Positions 36,302-45,727 of a stretch of DNA of 64,000 nt are shown here, one piece after another. The stretch's first letter is position 1; every line of letters starts with the position of its first letter. Under the pieces are notes generated by a model, which had not been told where the DNA came from, made no database searches, and saw nothing but the letters and a program-made list of their open reading frames with translations. The DNA comes from Candidatus Fimivicinus intestinavium (lineage in GTDB: Bacteria; Bacillota; Clostridia; Oscillospirales; Acutalibacteraceae). Both the position numbers and the translations under genes were made by a program. The stretch spans positions 2,282 through 66,281 of the forward strand of contig DVKY01000113.1 in assembly GCA_018715765.1 (NCBI GenBank). The letters run 5' to 3'.

Positions 36302-37330
36302 ATGTCCGAGCTCCAGCAGCTGCGCTACTTAAAATCCACGATGCTTGACCTGGCGAACTGCACCAAAGAATTAAAAAAGGAAAAGGCATGGATGGAGGAG
36401 AAGAAAAACTCCTTTGCACCACGCCTGACCTCCCAAGAGCCTGTCGTCAGCCTGCTCTGGGGGATTAAAACGCCGTTTCTCTGGTGCCTGGCCTATCTTG
36501 GGCTCTATGGGCTGATATTTCTGATTGCATGGGTATGGGATGAAATCGGCATTGCAAGGCTGGTTGGCCATTTTTCTGTAACATGGGAAAACCGTTTGAA
36601 TGTGATTTTTAAAATACGGGATGGGATCCTATTCCCCTCCAAATGGATCGGCTATCAGGTTTTAACCCGCTTCGTCCCGGATGGGCTGCTGCCATTTGAG
36701 CTCCAACAAACGCCGATGGACAATCTCTCCCCCCTGCAAACGCTGATTTGTGTGGCCGCCGCCATTCTCCTCATCCTCCTTGTGTTCGGCGCCCTGCACA
36801 CGATCAGGCTTTTCCTTCGGAACCGTAAAAACAGAAAAAAGAACGAGGAGATCAAACTGGACAATGATGCCTCCAAGGCGCTGATGGATATCGCGTTGGA
36901 GGATTGGTTACAGTCAGAGGAATTTCAGTTCCACAAAAACAGAATTTCCTCCTATGAAACCCGCATTGCCCGCTGCCAGCAGGCGATTCAATACAACAAT
37001 GTGCTGCACGATAAATATAAGAATTATGAAACCGTTACCGAATTGATTGAGTACCTGGAAACCGGGCGGGCCAGCACGCTGAAGGAAGCCATCAACCTCA
37101 TGCATACGGTGCGCCACCACGCATACATGGAGTATTTAGCTGAGCAAAACTATGAGGAAGCGCAGCAAGCGCGTATCGCCAGCGAAAAAGCGGCCGCGTA
37201 CCAGCGGCAGGCTGCCGAGGACGCCGCCTATGCCCGAAAGGAGGCAGACAGGGCCTCCAACCTGGCCGCCGCCAACCTCGGCGCTACGCTGGGCATGGCG
37301 CGCGAAATTGATAAAATGCAAAAACGCTGA
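36302..37330 (+). CDS. Hypothetical membrane protein with a long C-terminal helical/coiled-coil tail
   Basis: SD GGGAGGAG lies 9 nt upstream of the ATG. TM segments LWCLAYLGLYGLIFLIAWVW and LICVAAAILLILLVFGALHTI, followed by RNRKNRKKNEE and an Ala/Glu/Gln-rich helical tail. No family recognised. Confidence 0.6.
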   Translation: MSELQQLRYLKSTMLDLANCTKELKKEKAWMEEKKNSFAPRLTSQEPVVSLLWGIKTPFLWCLAYLGLYGLIFLIAWVWDEIGIARLVGHFSVTWENRLNVIFKIRDGILFPSKWIGYQVLTRFVPDGLLPFELQQTPMDNLSPLQTLICVAAAILLILLVFGALHTIRLFLRNRKNRKKNEEIKLDNDASKALMDIALEDWLQSEEFQFHKNRISSYETRIARCQQAIQYNNVLHDKYKNYETVTELIEYLETGRASTLKEAINLMHTVRHHAYMEYLAEQNYEEAQQARIASEKAAAYQRQAAEDAAYARKEADRASNLAAANLGATLGMAREIDKMQKR

Positions 37331-37362
37331 CACGCCCAGCCAGGCCGCTTGAGTCAGGCGCC

Positions 37363-37412
37363 AAAATAACGCCCCGCATACGCCGGTAAAACTCCGGCAT
37401 ATGCGGGGCGTT
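37363..37412. terminator. Long hairpin between convergent genes (T-run only on the minus strand)
   Basis: aacgccccgcatacgccgg (37368-37386) pairs with ccggcatatgcggggcgtt (37394-37412), a 19-bp stem with 1 mismatch. Preceded by aaaat on the + strand. Confidence 0.65.
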
Positions 37413-37442
37413 GGTTGCAAAAGGCGGAAAGCGCTTAACTGC

Positions 37443-38921
37443 TCACCGGCCGGAGGCGCGGCGGATATACTGCTTGAAAAACGCCACGCCATCCCCGAGG
37501 GTTTTCAACGGGATGCGCTCATTCGTGGAATGGGTGCACAACAGCAGCGAGGTGTTGACCACAAACGGCGCAAAGCGATAGATATGATCGCAAATCGGCT
37601 CATAATTGTAGGAATCCGTGCCGCCCATGACGAGATAGGGCGCAACGATATTCTCCGGATTTGTGCGCATGCACAGCTCCTCCAGGATGGCAAAGCAGCG
37701 GGAATCCGTGGGGGACACCTTGGACGGCTCCTTGCCCTTGAGCAATTTGATCTCAATCTTTTTATTGCGGACAACCTTGCGGATATGGCGCTCTACGCCC
37801 GCAATGGAATCGCCCGGCATAATGCGGAAGTTGACCGTTGCGCTCGCCCGCTGTGGCAGCACATTGGCCGCCGGGCTGCCCTGCGCCATGGTTGCGCCCG
37901 TGGTGGTGCGAATCAACGACGCGGCCGGTGGAATCCGCTTCATCACCGCGAGAACGAGCGGCCTGAGCAGCCATAGATTACAGGTAACGATACGCGCGGG
38001 GTAGGAAACATTCCGCCCGATCTTCTGGAACAGGCTGTAGACCATATCCGTCATCTGTGATTTACACTGATGGCGCTCCAAATCCCGGATGACCTCCGCC
38101 AGCTCGCCCAGGGCAGTGTGGCGCGGCGGCTGCGAGGAGTGGCCGCCCTTGGAGGTGACGGAAATTTCAAAATCCGCATATCCCTTCTCCGCCACGCCGA
38201 TGCCGGCGAGATATTTATCCAGAAGCTTGCCGGCCTTTGCGGGAAGGATCGCGCCGCCCTCATCCAGCACGCAATCCAGGTGCACGCCGCGCTCCCTGAG
38301 CGTTTGCATCAGCTTGCCTGCACCGGAATCTGCAGAGGCGACCACCTCTTCATTATCGCCAAAGAGCAGGTAAACATCCCGCTCCGGCTCAAAGCCCTCC
38401 TCCAGAAGCGTTTCTACCGCTTCCATGACGGAGATCAGGTGGTTTTTCATATCCAGCGCGCCGCGGCCCCAAATAAATTCCCCGTCGTTATAGCCCTCAT
38501 AGGCTGGGTGCGTCCAGTCGCCCTCCGTGCCTTCTTCCACCGGCACAACATCCTGGTGCGCGAGCATGGCGATCGGGTCGAGCGAAAGATCCTTCCCCTT
38601 CCACCGGTAGAGCAGATTGGCGGGCGGCACCACCTCGCAGGAAAGCTTCTGATGGATGAGCGGGTAGGATTCCTTTAAAAAGGCGTGGAACCGCTCAAAC
38701 TGCGCCCAATCCACATCCGCAGGATCCGGGTAGGAAACCGTGGGGATGCGGATGGCCTCCGACAAATGCTTCATCACACGGTCGCGATCCACCCTTTCCT
38801 CCGGCAGCGGCTCATACGCCCGCTTCTTTGGCACAAAAAAAGCCGCGCGTACCAGGGTGATCAGAATGAAGAGGGCTAAGAGGCCCAAAATCGCCCACAA
38901 AACAAATTGCCAAGCTTCCAT
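37443..38921 (-). CDS. M20-family metallopeptidase with N-terminal membrane anchor
   Basis: M20 motifs (LAHQDVVP; WGRGALDMK; GDNEEV; ...GGTDS). N-terminal TM helix WQFVLWAILGLLALFILITLV. ATG at 38921. Confidence 0.8.
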   Translation of the reverse strand: MEAWQFVLWAILGLLALFILITLVRAAFFVPKKRAYEPLPEERVDRDRVMKHLSEAIRIPTVSYPDPADVDWAQFERFHAFLKESYPLIHQKLSCEVVPPANLLYRWKGKDLSLDPIAMLAHQDVVPVEEGTEGDWTHPAYEGYNDGEFIWGRGALDMKNHLISVMEAVETLLEEGFEPERDVYLLFGDNEEVVASADSGAGKLMQTLRERGVHLDCVLDEGGAILPAKAGKLLDKYLAGIGVAEKGYADFEISVTSKGGHSSQPPRHTALGELAEVIRDLERHQCKSQMTDMVYSLFQKIGRNVSYPARIVTCNLWLLRPLVLAVMKRIPPAASLIRTTTGATMAQGSPAANVLPQRASATVNFRIMPGDSIAGVERHIRKVVRNKKIEIKLLKGKEPSKVSPTDSRCFAILEELCMRTNPENIVAPYLVMGGTDSYNYEPICDHIYRFAPFVVNTSLLLCTHSTNERIPLKTLGDGVAFFKQYIRRASGR

Positions 38922-39082
38922 AAGCCAATTTCTCTCCTTTTCCAAAATAATCAAACGGGAGCGAACCCACAGAGGGCTGCTCCCGCTTTTGCACCTGAAA
39001 AGTCTGTGCCCACCGAGCAATTAGCGCCCGGACACGACCGCAGAATGCACGCCAAAGCGTCGGCTAGACGCAAAACGCCCTC

Positions 39083-40438
39083 TCAGTTCTTCAGGCTTTG
39101 CAGCGGAGCGGGGATGCGGCCGCCGCGCGCGATGAATTTGGCGGGCGAGGTGGTTTTCAGCGCCATCACAGGGCCGCCGCCCAGCAGGCCGCCGAAGGAG
39201 AGCTCCTCCCCTACCTGCTTGCCAATGGCAGGGATCACGCGCACCGCCGTCGTTTTGGAATTGACCATACCAATTGCCGCCTCATCTGCGATAATAGCGG
39301 AAATTACCTCCGCCGGCGTATCGCCCGGGATGGCGATCATATCAAGGCCGACAGAGCAGACCGCCGTCATCGCCTCCAGCTTTTCAATGCTCAGCGCGCC
39401 GCAGCGGGCCGCTTCAATCATGCCGGCATCCTCCGTGACCGGGATAAACGCGCCGGACAGGCCGCCCACATGGGAGGAAGCCATCGTGCCGCCCTTCTTG
39501 ACCGCATCGTTTAAAAGCGCAAGCGCCGCAGTCGTGCCGTGGCCGCCGCATTTTTCAAGGCCCATCTCCTCCAGGATGTAGGCGACGGAATCCCCCACCG
39601 CCGGGGTCGGCGCAAGGGAGAGATCCACAATGCCAAACGGCACATCTAGCCGCTTGGAGGCCTCGTGCGCAACGAGCTGGCCCATGCGGGTGATCTTAAA
39701 CGCCGTGCGCTTGATGAGATCCGCCACGCCGGTCAGGTCGCAATCCGGCGCTTTGGCAAGTGCGGCGCGCACCACACCCGGGCCGGAAACACCTACGTTG
39801 ATGACGCAATCCGGCTCGCCCGCGCCGTGGAAAGCGCCCGCCATGAAGGGGTTGTCATCCGGCGCGTTGCAGAACACCACCAGCTTCGCGCAGCCGATGC
39901 AGTCGCGGTCCGCCGTGATTTCGGCGGCCTCGCGCACAATCCTGCCCATCAGGCCGACGGCATCCATGTTGATGCCGGCCTTGGTAGAGCCGATATTGAC
40001 AGAGGAGCAGACATGCTCCGTGCGGGAGAGCGCCTCCGGGATGCTGCGAATGAGCGCCTCGTCGCCCGCGGCAAAGCCCTTTTGCACCAGCGCGGAATAG
40101 CCGCCGATAAAGTTGACACCCACCGCCTGCGCCGCGCGCTCCAGCGTGAGTGCGTACTCGACCGGATCGCCCCCGCTCGCGCCGCAAACCATCGCAATGG
40201 GAGTGACGGAAATCCGCTTATTGATGATCGGGATGCCGAACTCCCGCTCGATCTCCTCCCCCGTGCGCACCAGCCGCTCCGCTCTGCGGGTGATCTTATC
40301 GTAGATCCGGCCGCAGGCACGGCCCAAATCAGAGTCGCAGCAATCAAGCAGGGAAATGCCCATTGTGATGGTGCGGATATCGAGATTTTCCTCCTGGATC
40401 ATGGTGATGGTCTCCAGGATATCCCTCGTGTTAATCAT
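39083..40438 (-). CDS. UPF0210 (DUF711, PFL-like) family protein
   Basis: N-terminus [27 protein letters not shown] is characteristic of UPF0210. 451 aa. Paired with an upstream ACT gene as usual. Confidence 0.8.
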   Translation of the reverse strand: MINTRDILETITMIQEENLDIRTITMGISLLDCCDSDLGRACGRIYDKITRRAERLVRTGEEIEREFGIPIINKRISVTPIAMVCGASGGDPVEYALTLERAAQAVGVNFIGGYSALVQKGFAAGDEALIRSIPEALSRTEHVCSSVNIGSTKAGINMDAVGLMGRIVREAAEITADRDCIGCAKLVVFCNAPDDNPFMAGAFHGAGEPDCVINVGVSGPGVVRAALAKAPDCDLTGVADLIKRTAFKITRMGQLVAHEASKRLDVPFGIVDLSLAPTPAVGDSVAYILEEMGLEKCGGHGTTAALALLNDAVKKGGTMASSHVGGLSGAFIPVTEDAGMIEAARCGALSIEKLEAMTAVCSVGLDMIAIPGDTPAEVISAIIADEAAIGMVNSKTTAVRVIPAIGKQVGEELSFGGLLGGGPVMALKTTSPAKFIARGGRIPAPLQSLKN

Positions 40439-40475
40439 ATGTAAACGCCATTCCTTCCTGCAATCAAATGGATGC

Positions 40476-40745
40476 TCAGATGCGGTGCATGGAGTTAAAA
40501 ATCTCCTCGTGCATCACGTGGATGGAGAGATTCATCTTGCTGCCCATCGTCTCCAGCTCCTCCGCAAACGCGGTGAAGGGAACGGTACAGCCGCTGACAT
40601 CCACCAGCATAATCATACAGAACATCTCCTGCAGGATCGACTGGGACACCTCGATGATATTGACCTGGTTTTTTGCGCACCTGTCGGATACGCTCGAAAG
40701 GATGCCGACCATATCCTTGCCGACAACGGTAATCACTGCTCGCAT
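40476..40745 (-). CDS. ACT-domain protein (UPF0237 family)
   Basis: [20 protein letters not shown]... 89 aa. This is the conserved partner of UPF0210. Confidence 0.8.
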   Translation of the reverse strand: MRAVITVVGKDMVGILSSVSDRCAKNQVNIIEVSQSILQEMFCMIMLVDVSGCTVPFTAFAEELETMGSKMNLSIHVMHEEIFNSMHRI

Positions 40746-41044
40746 GAGGAACCCTCCGTAACGCTTCTGAATTTACCGGGAATGCCGCCCGTAGACAGCG
40801 GGCTGCTCCCATATTAAAAGATATTTTATCATATTCCCGCGCCGATGAATAGAGGAATCTGCATCTGTTAGAAAAAATTTCAATCAGATACTGTTATAAG
40901 GCTGTGAAATATGCTATATTAAATAAAAAGTGCACAAAAAGGAAGGACATAAGAATGAGCGCAGGCTTTGGTTTGTAGGCACGAAAATTGCCGCTGCGGC
41001 CTCACAGAAGGAAAGCCGGCTCTGAGCAGAGGGGGTTTTTTCTG

Positions 41045-41866
41045 ATGGAATTTAAAAAGCGCATGGATATGCACACGCACACAGACAATTCCCCGGATGG
41101 GAACCACTCCACCATGTATCTGTGCGAATGCGCCGAACGCACAGGCCTGAGAGCCATCGCCTTTACAGATCACTGCGAGGTGGACGCCTACTACAAAGAC
41201 CATTACGACCGTGCAACCTTTCAATCCTATTTTGAGGTGGTAAAGGCACGCTCCGTCTTTCGCGGCAGGCTGATCGTTTCAGCCGGTATCGAGCTGGGCC
41301 AGCCTGCTTATGAGCCGGAGCTTGCCGGGCAGATTCTCTCCCGGTTTGAGTATGATGTTGTCATCGGCTCGGTACACAACCTGCGCGGCCGCAAGGATTT
41401 TTTCTTTATGGAATACGATGGGTTCAGCGATAGCGAGCTTGATGCGATGTTTGAGGAATATTTAAAGGAACTGCTCCTTATGGTGAAGTGGGGCGGGTTT
41501 GACATTCTGGCTCATCTGACCTACCCGCTGCGCTATATTGTAGGAGAAAACCACCGCACGATTGATTTGAAGCGCCACAGCGATCTGATCGATGAAATCC
41601 TGCGGGCAGCCGCCCAATCCGGCAAGGCTCTGGAAATTAACACCTCGGGCCTGCGGCAGCCCTTAGGGGAAACGCTGCCCACACTCCCCTTCATTCAGCG
41701 CTTCCGGGAATTTGGCGGGGAGTATGTGACGGTCGGCTCCGACGCGCACTTTGCAGAAGATCTCGGCAAGGGTGTCAACGAGGGGATGGAGATCGCCCGG
41801 CAGGCAGGTTTTTCCCACGTCACGCTGTTTCAAAACAGGACGCCGCTGCCCATTCCGATTGAATAA
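41045..41866 (+). CDS. PHP-family phosphoesterase (HisJ-type histidinol-phosphatase-like)
   Basis: MDMHTHTDNSPDG metal-binding N-terminus, then FTDH, GSVH, AHLTYP and GSDAH motifs. SD GAGGGGG precedes the ATG at 41045. Confidence 0.75.
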   Translation: MEFKKRMDMHTHTDNSPDGNHSTMYLCECAERTGLRAIAFTDHCEVDAYYKDHYDRATFQSYFEVVKARSVFRGRLIVSAGIELGQPAYEPELAGQILSRFEYDVVIGSVHNLRGRKDFFFMEYDGFSDSELDAMFEEYLKELLLMVKWGGFDILAHLTYPLRYIVGENHRTIDLKRHSDLIDEILRAAAQSGKALEINTSGLRQPLGETLPTLPFIQRFREFGGEYVTVGSDAHFAEDLGKGVNEGMEIARQAGFSHVTLFQNRTPLPIPIE

Positions 41867-41979
41867 GCGCCTGCGGGCCGGCGCGGCTTTTATCTTGCAG
41901 AACCTCATATACTTTGGTTGATCCTGCCCTCGGTATAAAAAGGGCATGATGCTGGATATAGAAACAGGGAGGAAGATGG

Positions 41980-43152
41980 ATGATGGACTATCAAAATTTG
42001 CTCAACACAAAAATCAAGGAGATCAAGCCCTCCGGTATCCGCCGTTTTTTTGATATTGTGGCGGAAATGGATGACGTCATCTCCCTCGGCGTTGGCGAGC
42101 CGGATTTCCCAACGCCGGCACACATCCGGGATGTCGGCATTCAATCTTTGCTGGATGGGCATACGAAATACACCTCCAACGCAGGGTTGATGGAGCTTCG
42201 CCGGGCCGTAGCGGCCTATTATAAGCGGCGCTTCCACGTCTCCTACGATGGCGCAAAGCAGGCGATTATCACCGTTGGCGGCTCGGAAGCGCTCGATCTG
42301 TGCTTCCGCGTGCTCATCGAGCCCGGAGACGAGGTGCTCATCCCCGAGCCCTCCTTTGTCTGCTACGCACCTCTGACGACGATCAGCGACGGCGTGCCTG
42401 TGCCGATTGTCACAAAGGCGGAGGATCAGTTCCGCCTGACGCCGGGGGCTCTGAAAGCGGCCATCACGCCTAAAACAAAGCTGCTTGTGCTCCCCTACCC
42501 CAACAATCCGACCGGCGCCATCATGCGGAGGGAGGATCTGGAGGCTATCGCAGCCGTCCTGCGCGGAACGGATATCATCGTCATCTCCGATGAAATTTAC
42601 GGCGAGCTTACATACGGCGGCGAGCAGCATGTTTCCATTGCAGAAATTGAAGGCATGCAGGAGCGCACAATCGTTGTCAGCGGCTTCTCGAAGGCCTTCT
42701 CCATGACCGGCTGGCGTTTGGGCTATGCGCTGGGTCCGGCGGAAATCATCGCAGCCATCACCAAAATGCATCAATACGGTATCATGAGCGCGCCAACCAC
42801 CGCGCAGTATGCTGCGATTGAGGCAATGGAAAACGGCGACAGCGACGTGGTGGAAATGCGTAAGGTATACGATATGCGCCGCCGCCTTGTCGTGGATGGC
42901 TTTAACCGGTTGGGCCTCACCTGCTTTGAGCCGGAGGGCGCATTCTACTGCTTCCCATGCATTCGCTCAAGCGGGCTGAGCTCCGATGATTTCGCCCAAA
43001 AGCTGCTTGACAGCCAGAAGGTCGCCGTCGTCCCCGGCAATGCGTTTGGCGAGTGCGGCGAGGGCTTCATACGCGTTTCCTACTGCTATTCAACCGAACA
43101 TTTGCAGGAGGCGCTGCGCAGGATCGAATGCTTTTTGCAGGAGCTGAAATAA
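41980..43152 (+). CDS. Class I/II PLP-dependent aminotransferase (aspartate/aromatic aminotransferase-like)
   Basis: IKPSGIRRFFD N-terminus, NPTG motif, and SGFSKAFSMTGWRLGY with the PLP lysine. Confidence 0.85.
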   Translation: MMDYQNLLNTKIKEIKPSGIRRFFDIVAEMDDVISLGVGEPDFPTPAHIRDVGIQSLLDGHTKYTSNAGLMELRRAVAAYYKRRFHVSYDGAKQAIITVGGSEALDLCFRVLIEPGDEVLIPEPSFVCYAPLTTISDGVPVPIVTKAEDQFRLTPGALKAAITPKTKLLVLPYPNNPTGAIMRREDLEAIAAVLRGTDIIVISDEIYGELTYGGEQHVSIAEIEGMQERTIVVSGFSKAFSMTGWRLGYALGPAEIIAAITKMHQYGIMSAPTTAQYAAIEAMENGDSDVVEMRKVYDMRRRLVVDGFNRLGLTCFEPEGAFYCFPCIRSSGLSSDDFAQKLLDSQKVAVVPGNAFGECGEGFIRVSYCYSTEHLQEALRRIECFLQELK

Positions 43153-43187
43153 ACTCTCTTCATTCGCTCTCATGCACATTTAGAGAC

Positions 43188-43228
43188 AAAAAACGCGCTG
43201 CACAGCACTGTGCAGCGCGCTGTTTTTT
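43188..43228. terminator. Bidirectional intrinsic terminator between convergent genes
   Basis: cgcgctgcacag (43194-43205) pairs with ctgtgcagcgcg (43208-43219), a perfect 12-bp repeat. Flanked by an A6 run and a T6 run. Confidence 0.75.
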
Positions 43229-43230
43229 GG

Positions 43231-43812
43231 TCAGGAGGAGCGCACCCTGCATCTTTCCACACAACCGGGCCAAAGCTTCCGAAACAGCAAAAACAGCCAA
43301 TAGCCCAGCGCCGCGCCCAATGTATTGAGCAGAAGGTCGTCGATATCTGTCCCCCGATCCAGGGGGAGCTGGCAAAGCTCAATTGCCAGTGAGGACAGAA
43401 AGCCTGCCCCTGCTGATTTAAGCAAAGTCGGGCGCGCCCAGAGCAGAGCCGTAAAAAAGCCAATGGGGAAAAACATACCGATATTACCGAGAAAATTGAG
43501 GATAAAATAATCCGCCCCGGAAGCGAGGCTGTCGGTAAAAATCCGGAAGGGAACCAGATTGAGCCGCAGGCTTTGCCCCCATGCAATGGCAAGCCCATCC
43601 TCTCCCATTTGAAACGGCGGCAAAACCGTTTGGGAGGCCAGGCCCACAAGAAACATCAGAAATGTGCAAAGCGCAAGCTCATGCCGCCAAGTGGTGTGCA
43701 GGTTCCGCTTTTGCAAGCCACGCGCCCGCAACCAGCGAAAAGCCAGGATCACGGGCAGCGCACCGAGCATATAGGGCGCCATCTCAAGCCCACGAGTGAT
43801 GATCTGATCCAT
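43231..43812 (-). CDS. VanZ-family membrane protein
   Basis: Polytopic protein of 193 aa with the VanZ-like pattern (NLVPFR... NFLGNIGMFFPIGF ... ELCQLPLDRGTDIDDLLLNTLGA). Confidence 0.75.
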   Translation of the reverse strand: MDQIITRGLEMAPYMLGALPVILAFRWLRARGLQKRNLHTTWRHELALCTFLMFLVGLASQTVLPPFQMGEDGLAIAWGQSLRLNLVPFRIFTDSLASGADYFILNFLGNIGMFFPIGFFTALLWARPTLLKSAGAGFLSSLAIELCQLPLDRGTDIDDLLLNTLGAALGYWLFLLFRKLWPGCVERCRVRSS

Positions 43813-43857
43813 TTCAAAGCCTCCGTGCAGCTCGACTGCTCTAACAGGATGCTTTGC

Positions 43858-45582
43858 TTAGCCGATATCGTGATGGTCGGTGATCTCTACCGTATTCGTC
43901 CGGCAGCCCTCCAGCTCCAGCACGATAATCTCATTCTCCTGCCGGAGGATCGTGCCCGGCACATAAAGCGACCTCTGCGGCCCAATCTTCCAATAGCGGC
44001 CGAGATTAAAGCCATTGATAAAGACATAGCCCTTCGTAAAGCCCTTGAGATGCACAAAGCAGTCCGCCTGAGAGTTCGTGCTGAAGCGCCCCTTCAGGAA
44101 GGCCGGGAAGTCGTCGCTCCCGCTATAGTCGAGCGCATCGATATTATCCAGCGGCAGCGTATATACATCCCAGTTGAAAAGCACCTGATTGCCAAGCCTG
44201 ATCTGGCTGACGCCTTTGCGGTCGTGCAGCTCCGGGCCATAGTTGACACGGCCCATCGCCTCCACAAGCACGTCGAGGCTGCCGCCGTCCGGCAGGGCTT
44301 CAATGGGCACATATTTTTTCTTGTCGTTGCGGTAAACCATCCCACGCAGCTGGCCGTTGACATAGACATACGCGCGGTCTGCCAGGCCGTCCAAATAGAG
44401 GGAGGAGCTCTCGTAGGGCCCCTTGAGCTCATGATGATACAGGATGAAGCCAAAATTCTGGCCGTAATATTCCATACTGCGCGTCATCACGCTGCGGTGG
44501 CGCTGGCCGATCTTCGCCGCATTATGTAAAAAGGAATATTGCTGTGTGAGCGCAACTGCGCCGATATGCTGCAGCGCGGGCGGCGCGGGAAGCGGATCGG
44601 CCGGCAGCCCCTGGAAGGACAGCAGCGCCTCCCGCACGGCATGATACTTTTTTGTGTAGCCCCCCCACTCATTGAGCAGGGCGTCGTCGTCATAGCTCGT
44701 CACGGTGGGCTGGTATTTCCCGCCATGGTTCGCGCCGGCGGTAAAGCCAAAGTTTGTGCCTCCATGGAACATATAGAAGCTGAAATTGCCGCCCATCTGG
44801 AGCATAGTCTTCAGCTCGTTGACAACGGAGCGGGGCTTGCGGCTGTGATGACGCTCCCCCCAATGGTCAAACCAGCCGTTCCAAAACTCACCGCACATCA
44901 GCGGCGCGCCAGGCTGGCGGCGCTCCACCGCCCGGAAATTCCCCCTGACGTTAGAGCCGAAATTGACCACCTTAAACACATAGGGTAACGTCCCGCCCGA
45001 CAGCATGGAATCATTGGAGCCGTCGGAGGTGAAGAGCAGGGCATCCACCCCGCACTCGCGGATGAGCTGCTCAAGAAAGGCGAGGTAGTTTTTATCGTTG
45101 CCATAGCTGCCGTATTCATTCTCCACCTGCACGGCGAGGATATTGCCCCCCTTGGAAAGCAGCATCGGCCCAAGCCTGCTGAACAGCTCATGGTAAAAAT
45201 CGGAGACATGCCTGAGATACGGCTCATAGCAGCAACGCACGCGCATATTTTCATCCGCCAGCAGCCATGCCGGCAGGCCGCCGAAATCCCATTCCGCGCA
45301 GATATAAGGGCCGGGCCGCACAATCGCGTAGAGCCCCAGCTCCTGCGCAATCTTTAAGAAACGGACGATATCCAGCATGCCTTCAAAGTTGAAAACGCCT
45401 TTTTGAGGCTCGTGCAAATTCCAGCACACATAGGTCTCCACCGTGTTGAAACCGGCCAGCTTCAATTTGCGCAGGCGATCCTCCCAATATTCCGGTACGG
45501 TACGGAAATAGTGGATCGCGCCTGCGTAAATATGAAATTTTTCTCCATTGAGATAAAACTGATTCCCTTTAATCTCCAGCAT
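43858..45582 (-). CDS. Beta-galactosidase, GH35 family
   Basis: GAIHYFRTVPEYWEDRLRKLKLAGFNTVETYVCWNLHEP and QVENEYGSYG (catalytic Glu region) are typical GH35. SD AAGGAGGGG precedes the ATG at 45582. Confidence 0.85.
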   Translation of the reverse strand: MLEIKGNQFYLNGEKFHIYAGAIHYFRTVPEYWEDRLRKLKLAGFNTVETYVCWNLHEPQKGVFNFEGMLDIVRFLKIAQELGLYAIVRPGPYICAEWDFGGLPAWLLADENMRVRCCYEPYLRHVSDFYHELFSRLGPMLLSKGGNILAVQVENEYGSYGNDKNYLAFLEQLIRECGVDALLFTSDGSNDSMLSGGTLPYVFKVVNFGSNVRGNFRAVERRQPGAPLMCGEFWNGWFDHWGERHHSRKPRSVVNELKTMLQMGGNFSFYMFHGGTNFGFTAGANHGGKYQPTVTSYDDDALLNEWGGYTKKYHAVREALLSFQGLPADPLPAPPALQHIGAVALTQQYSFLHNAAKIGQRHRSVMTRSMEYYGQNFGFILYHHELKGPYESSSLYLDGLADRAYVYVNGQLRGMVYRNDKKKYVPIEALPDGGSLDVLVEAMGRVNYGPELHDRKGVSQIRLGNQVLFNWDVYTLPLDNIDALDYSGSDDFPAFLKGRFSTNSQADCFVHLKGFTKGYVFINGFNLGRYWKIGPQRSLYVPGTILRQENEIIVLELEGCRTNTVEITDHHDIG

Positions 45583-45603
45583 CCAAACCCCTCCTTGCTC
45601 AGA

Positions 45604-45619
45604 TGGTATCATCATACCA
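45604..45619. promoter_or_regulatory. Palindromic operator-like site overlapping a putative extended -10 of the GH35 gene
   Basis: TGGTAT-catc-ATACCA is a 6-4-6 inverted repeat. On the minus strand it contains TGgTATGAT, 22-30 nt upstream of the GH35 ATG. Confidence 0.45.
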
Positions 45620-45727
45620 TACCCGCGTAAAAAAAGGAATCCGTATTCGCCATTTTTTGCGGACCGTCTCCCTGCGGATAGAATGACGGTCGCCGCTTCG
45701 CATATTTTCAGCAGGGTCAGCTGCAGT

